Notes under the pieces: generated by a model
What the model was told of the DNA's origin: nothing
The model's database searches: none
Seen by the model: only the letters and a program-made list of their open reading frames with translations
Shown here: one piece after another, positions 61,948 to 64,000 of the stretch
How the letters are laid out: each line of letters starts with the position of its first letter
Numbering within the stretch: position 1 is the stretch's first letter
Program-made: the position numbers and the translations under genes
IMG/VR virus record: IMGVR_UViG_3300029705_000021
Source of the DNA: a virus
Lineage: Duplodnaviria; Caudoviricetes
Strand: one strand, 5' to 3'
Length of the DNA: 64,000 nucleotides

Positions 61948-63171
61948 ATGCTCTCCTTTGAAGACATGCAAAAATTATGTACAAATGTTGGTAGTCATGG
62001 TCAGCAGTTGAAGGCAATGGCTGATGATGTTATGCAACAGACATGGGATAACGATATCCAAAGCAAATTGTGTTACATATACGATTACTATCATGATGAT
62101 CAATTTGATGAAGGTTTAAATGGATATAATCCTGCTTTATCAAAATCTAAAATACCAGTAAAATTAAAATTTATTGTAAAGGCATATAAGTCTGCAGCAA
62201 AAGATGATCCAGAATACCATATTCAGTTTGAACCAGATGTTTGGAATTCAATGAGTTGTAAACCTCAATGGTTCGTAGATGGATATCAGAAGTTAGGCGT
62301 AGAATTCCCTGTAGGGTTGTACGTGGATGTGCCTGATGATAGAGGAGTATATCAAAAGTGGTTTATTTTCTATAAAGAAGAAGCAAATCAGTTTGTTAAA
62401 TGCGGTATTATGAAATGTAACTATTTATTTATGTGGATTAAGGATGACGGTATACATAGATATAAACGTAAGATGTGGGGAGTTGACCGTTCACAGAACA
62501 GTTATACCTCTGGACGATGGAGGGGAGATAAAATTACAATCTTAGATAATCAGGATAAATTTTGGCTTCCATGGAATCCAATTTCTGCAGAGATTAGACA
62601 TGATCAAAGGTTGTTCCTTTCAATGATTCAAGATGAACCATATGCTTATGCAATATCTAAAATTAATAACGCTTCTCCAAAAGGAGTTATTGAATATACT
62701 GTAGTTCAAGACGAATTTGATCAAAATAAAGATTATGTAGATAACGATCCAAATAGTCTTACTTATGGAGAAATGTATGCAGACTACTACTCTTCTACTA
62801 TTGTTCCAGAAGAGGTTATATCTGATATGAAAGTAATTACAAACATACTTTCTATTGAGGCAAAAACTTATAGTGTTAGAATTAATGGTGGCTCTAAAGT
62901 AGTATATGCTAAGATTTTAGATAATGATGGTAATGATGTAACTAATAATTATAGTAGTGATGATTTTATTTGGGATATTTCATTTAAAGATAATGAATTT
63001 GCAAAAGATAATTTAATTGTTATTGATGGATCTTATAGTTTAAAAGATGGTAATCAATATAAATGCAAGTTTAAATTTAAAGGTGATGAAACTTATCTCA
63101 ACAAAAGAATTACGGTAACTTTAAAAATTAATGAATTATCTGCTACTGCAGATTTAGATATAGTTTCATAG
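61948..63171 (+). CDS. Putative head-closure/neck protein with Ig-like C-terminus
   Basis: 407 aa, FPVGLYVDVPD, beta-rich C-terminus. Confidence 0.5.
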   Translation: MLSFEDMQKLCTNVGSHGQQLKAMADDVMQQTWDNDIQSKLCYIYDYYHDDQFDEGLNGYNPALSKSKIPVKLKFIVKAYKSAAKDDPEYHIQFEPDVWNSMSCKPQWFVDGYQKLGVEFPVGLYVDVPDDRGVYQKWFIFYKEEANQFVKCGIMKCNYLFMWIKDDGIHRYKRKMWGVDRSQNSYTSGRWRGDKITILDNQDKFWLPWNPISAEIRHDQRLFLSMIQDEPYAYAISKINNASPKGVIEYTVVQDEFDQNKDYVDNDPNSLTYGEMYADYYSSTIVPEEVISDMKVITNILSIEAKTYSVRINGGSKVVYAKILDNDGNDVTNNYSSDDFIWDISFKDNEFAKDNLIVIDGSYSLKDGNQYKCKFKFKGDETYLNKRITVTLKINELSATADLDIVS

Positions 63172-63182
63172 GAGGTGTTGTT

Positions 63183-63731
63183 ATGATTGATAAAGATATT
63201 AAGGAAATTATCCAGTATAAGAAACAAAAAGGAAATGACAACATCCAATATAAAGAAATTATAAAAGATAAACTAATTAATAATTCAAAAATAATTCGTT
63301 CTTTAAATAATCAAGATTTAGATCCAGATTGTCCAGATGATTATTATGGAGAAAATATACTCCCTTACTATTTGCTAGTAAATGTTCAAGAAAATGTAAA
63401 AAATTATATTTGTTTTGAAACATCATTTGATGAAGTTGCTAGATATAATAAAATTATGAAGCTAGGACAAGTTATCTTTTATATTGTATGTAATAATAAA
63501 AATATATTAGATAAAGAAACTGGTATTGCTCGTCATGATTTATTGGCTGCTTTAATAACTGATGAATTTGATTGGAGTAATTTATTTGGTACGCAGGTGC
63601 ATTTGGTATCTGATAGACCTATGGCTGTTGATGCACAGTATGTTGGCAGAACTCTTATATTCGAACAAACTACTACAAATTCTATAGTAAAAGATGGAAA
63701 GGTTTATAATAATGGAAAGCAAATTACCTGA
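63183..63731 (+). CDS. Putative tail terminator/completion protein
   Basis: NILPYY...KNYICFE...RHDLLA; position. Confidence 0.45.
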   Translation: MIDKDIKEIIQYKKQKGNDNIQYKEIIKDKLINNSKIIRSLNNQDLDPDCPDDYYGENILPYYLLVNVQENVKNYICFETSFDEVARYNKIMKLGQVIFYIVCNNKNILDKETGIARHDLLAALITDEFDWSNLFGTQVHLVSDRPMAVDAQYVGRTLIFEQTTTNSIVKDGKVYNNGKQIT

Positions 63732-64000
63732 CGTAGACTTGTCTAACTTTATAGAAGTAGATAAATTACAATTATATTTTGGTGATGATATTATTATTAA
63801 TGACAATATTACATTACATCAGCCAAAAGTTGGAGAAATAGTAGAGTTTGGAGAGAGACATTTTTATTCTGTATTATCGGCATTAACGTGTATCCCTTCA
63901 GATATGAAATCAGAATTATGGGATATGAATAAAACTGATTGGCAAACAGTTGATGATTTTGAGTTATTTATAATGCTAACAAGGAGTTTTACATCGAAAG
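63712..64000 (+). CDS. Partial ORF running off the window end (tail-assembly-region protein)
   Basis: MESKLPDVDL...DKLQLYFGDD...LHQPKVGEIVEFGE, open to the end. Confidence 0.65.
   Translation, partial: MESKLPDVDLSNFIEVDKLQLYFGDDIIINDNITLHQPKVGEIVEFGERHFYSVLSALTCIPSDMKSELWDMNKTDWQTVDDFELFIMLTRSFTSK

Noticed and set aside
1-64000. Stop-codon reassignment (genetic code 15 or 4)
   Set aside because: Long conserved genes are intact in code 11, TAG ends genes at sensible boundaries, and no suppressor tRNA was seen

Overview
64 kb of a large, AT-rich tailed bacteriophage (or prophage) of the SPbeta/c-st type, most likely infecting a gut Firmicute (Clostridia/Lachnospiraceae-like SD and sigmaA signals; host is inference). 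Positions 1-17.2 kb hold a leftward block of small, mostly hypothetical early-type genes (LPD11, ParB/DGQHR, HTH replication-like). A ~1.1 kb non-coding divergence point with G-tracts follows. The rightward arm carries accessory genes (YopX, SLOG/YspA, NMN adenylyltransferase, intein-containing P-loop kinase, amidoligase-like protein, IscS), a YonO-like single-subunit RNA polymerase, HU and two free-standing endonucleases. It then has a tRNA array with several unexplained structured RNAs, a beta-CASP RNase, ClpP, a phosphoesterase and a tyrosine recombinase next to a three-gene fibre-like cassette. The packaging and head module ends the window (terminase split by a 268-nt group I intron, portal, protease/scaffold, capsid, head-tail genes). 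The most unusual signal is three 155-175 bp elements, each closed by its own perfect inverted repeat and carrying 2-4 copies of a GxGTRCWTARGxA motif, which bracket the recombinase and the fibre cassette. Also notable are a ~625-nt highly structured ORF-free RNA and three ACAGCAA-motif RNAs in the tRNA array. All calls come from reading motifs by eye; no database searches were run.
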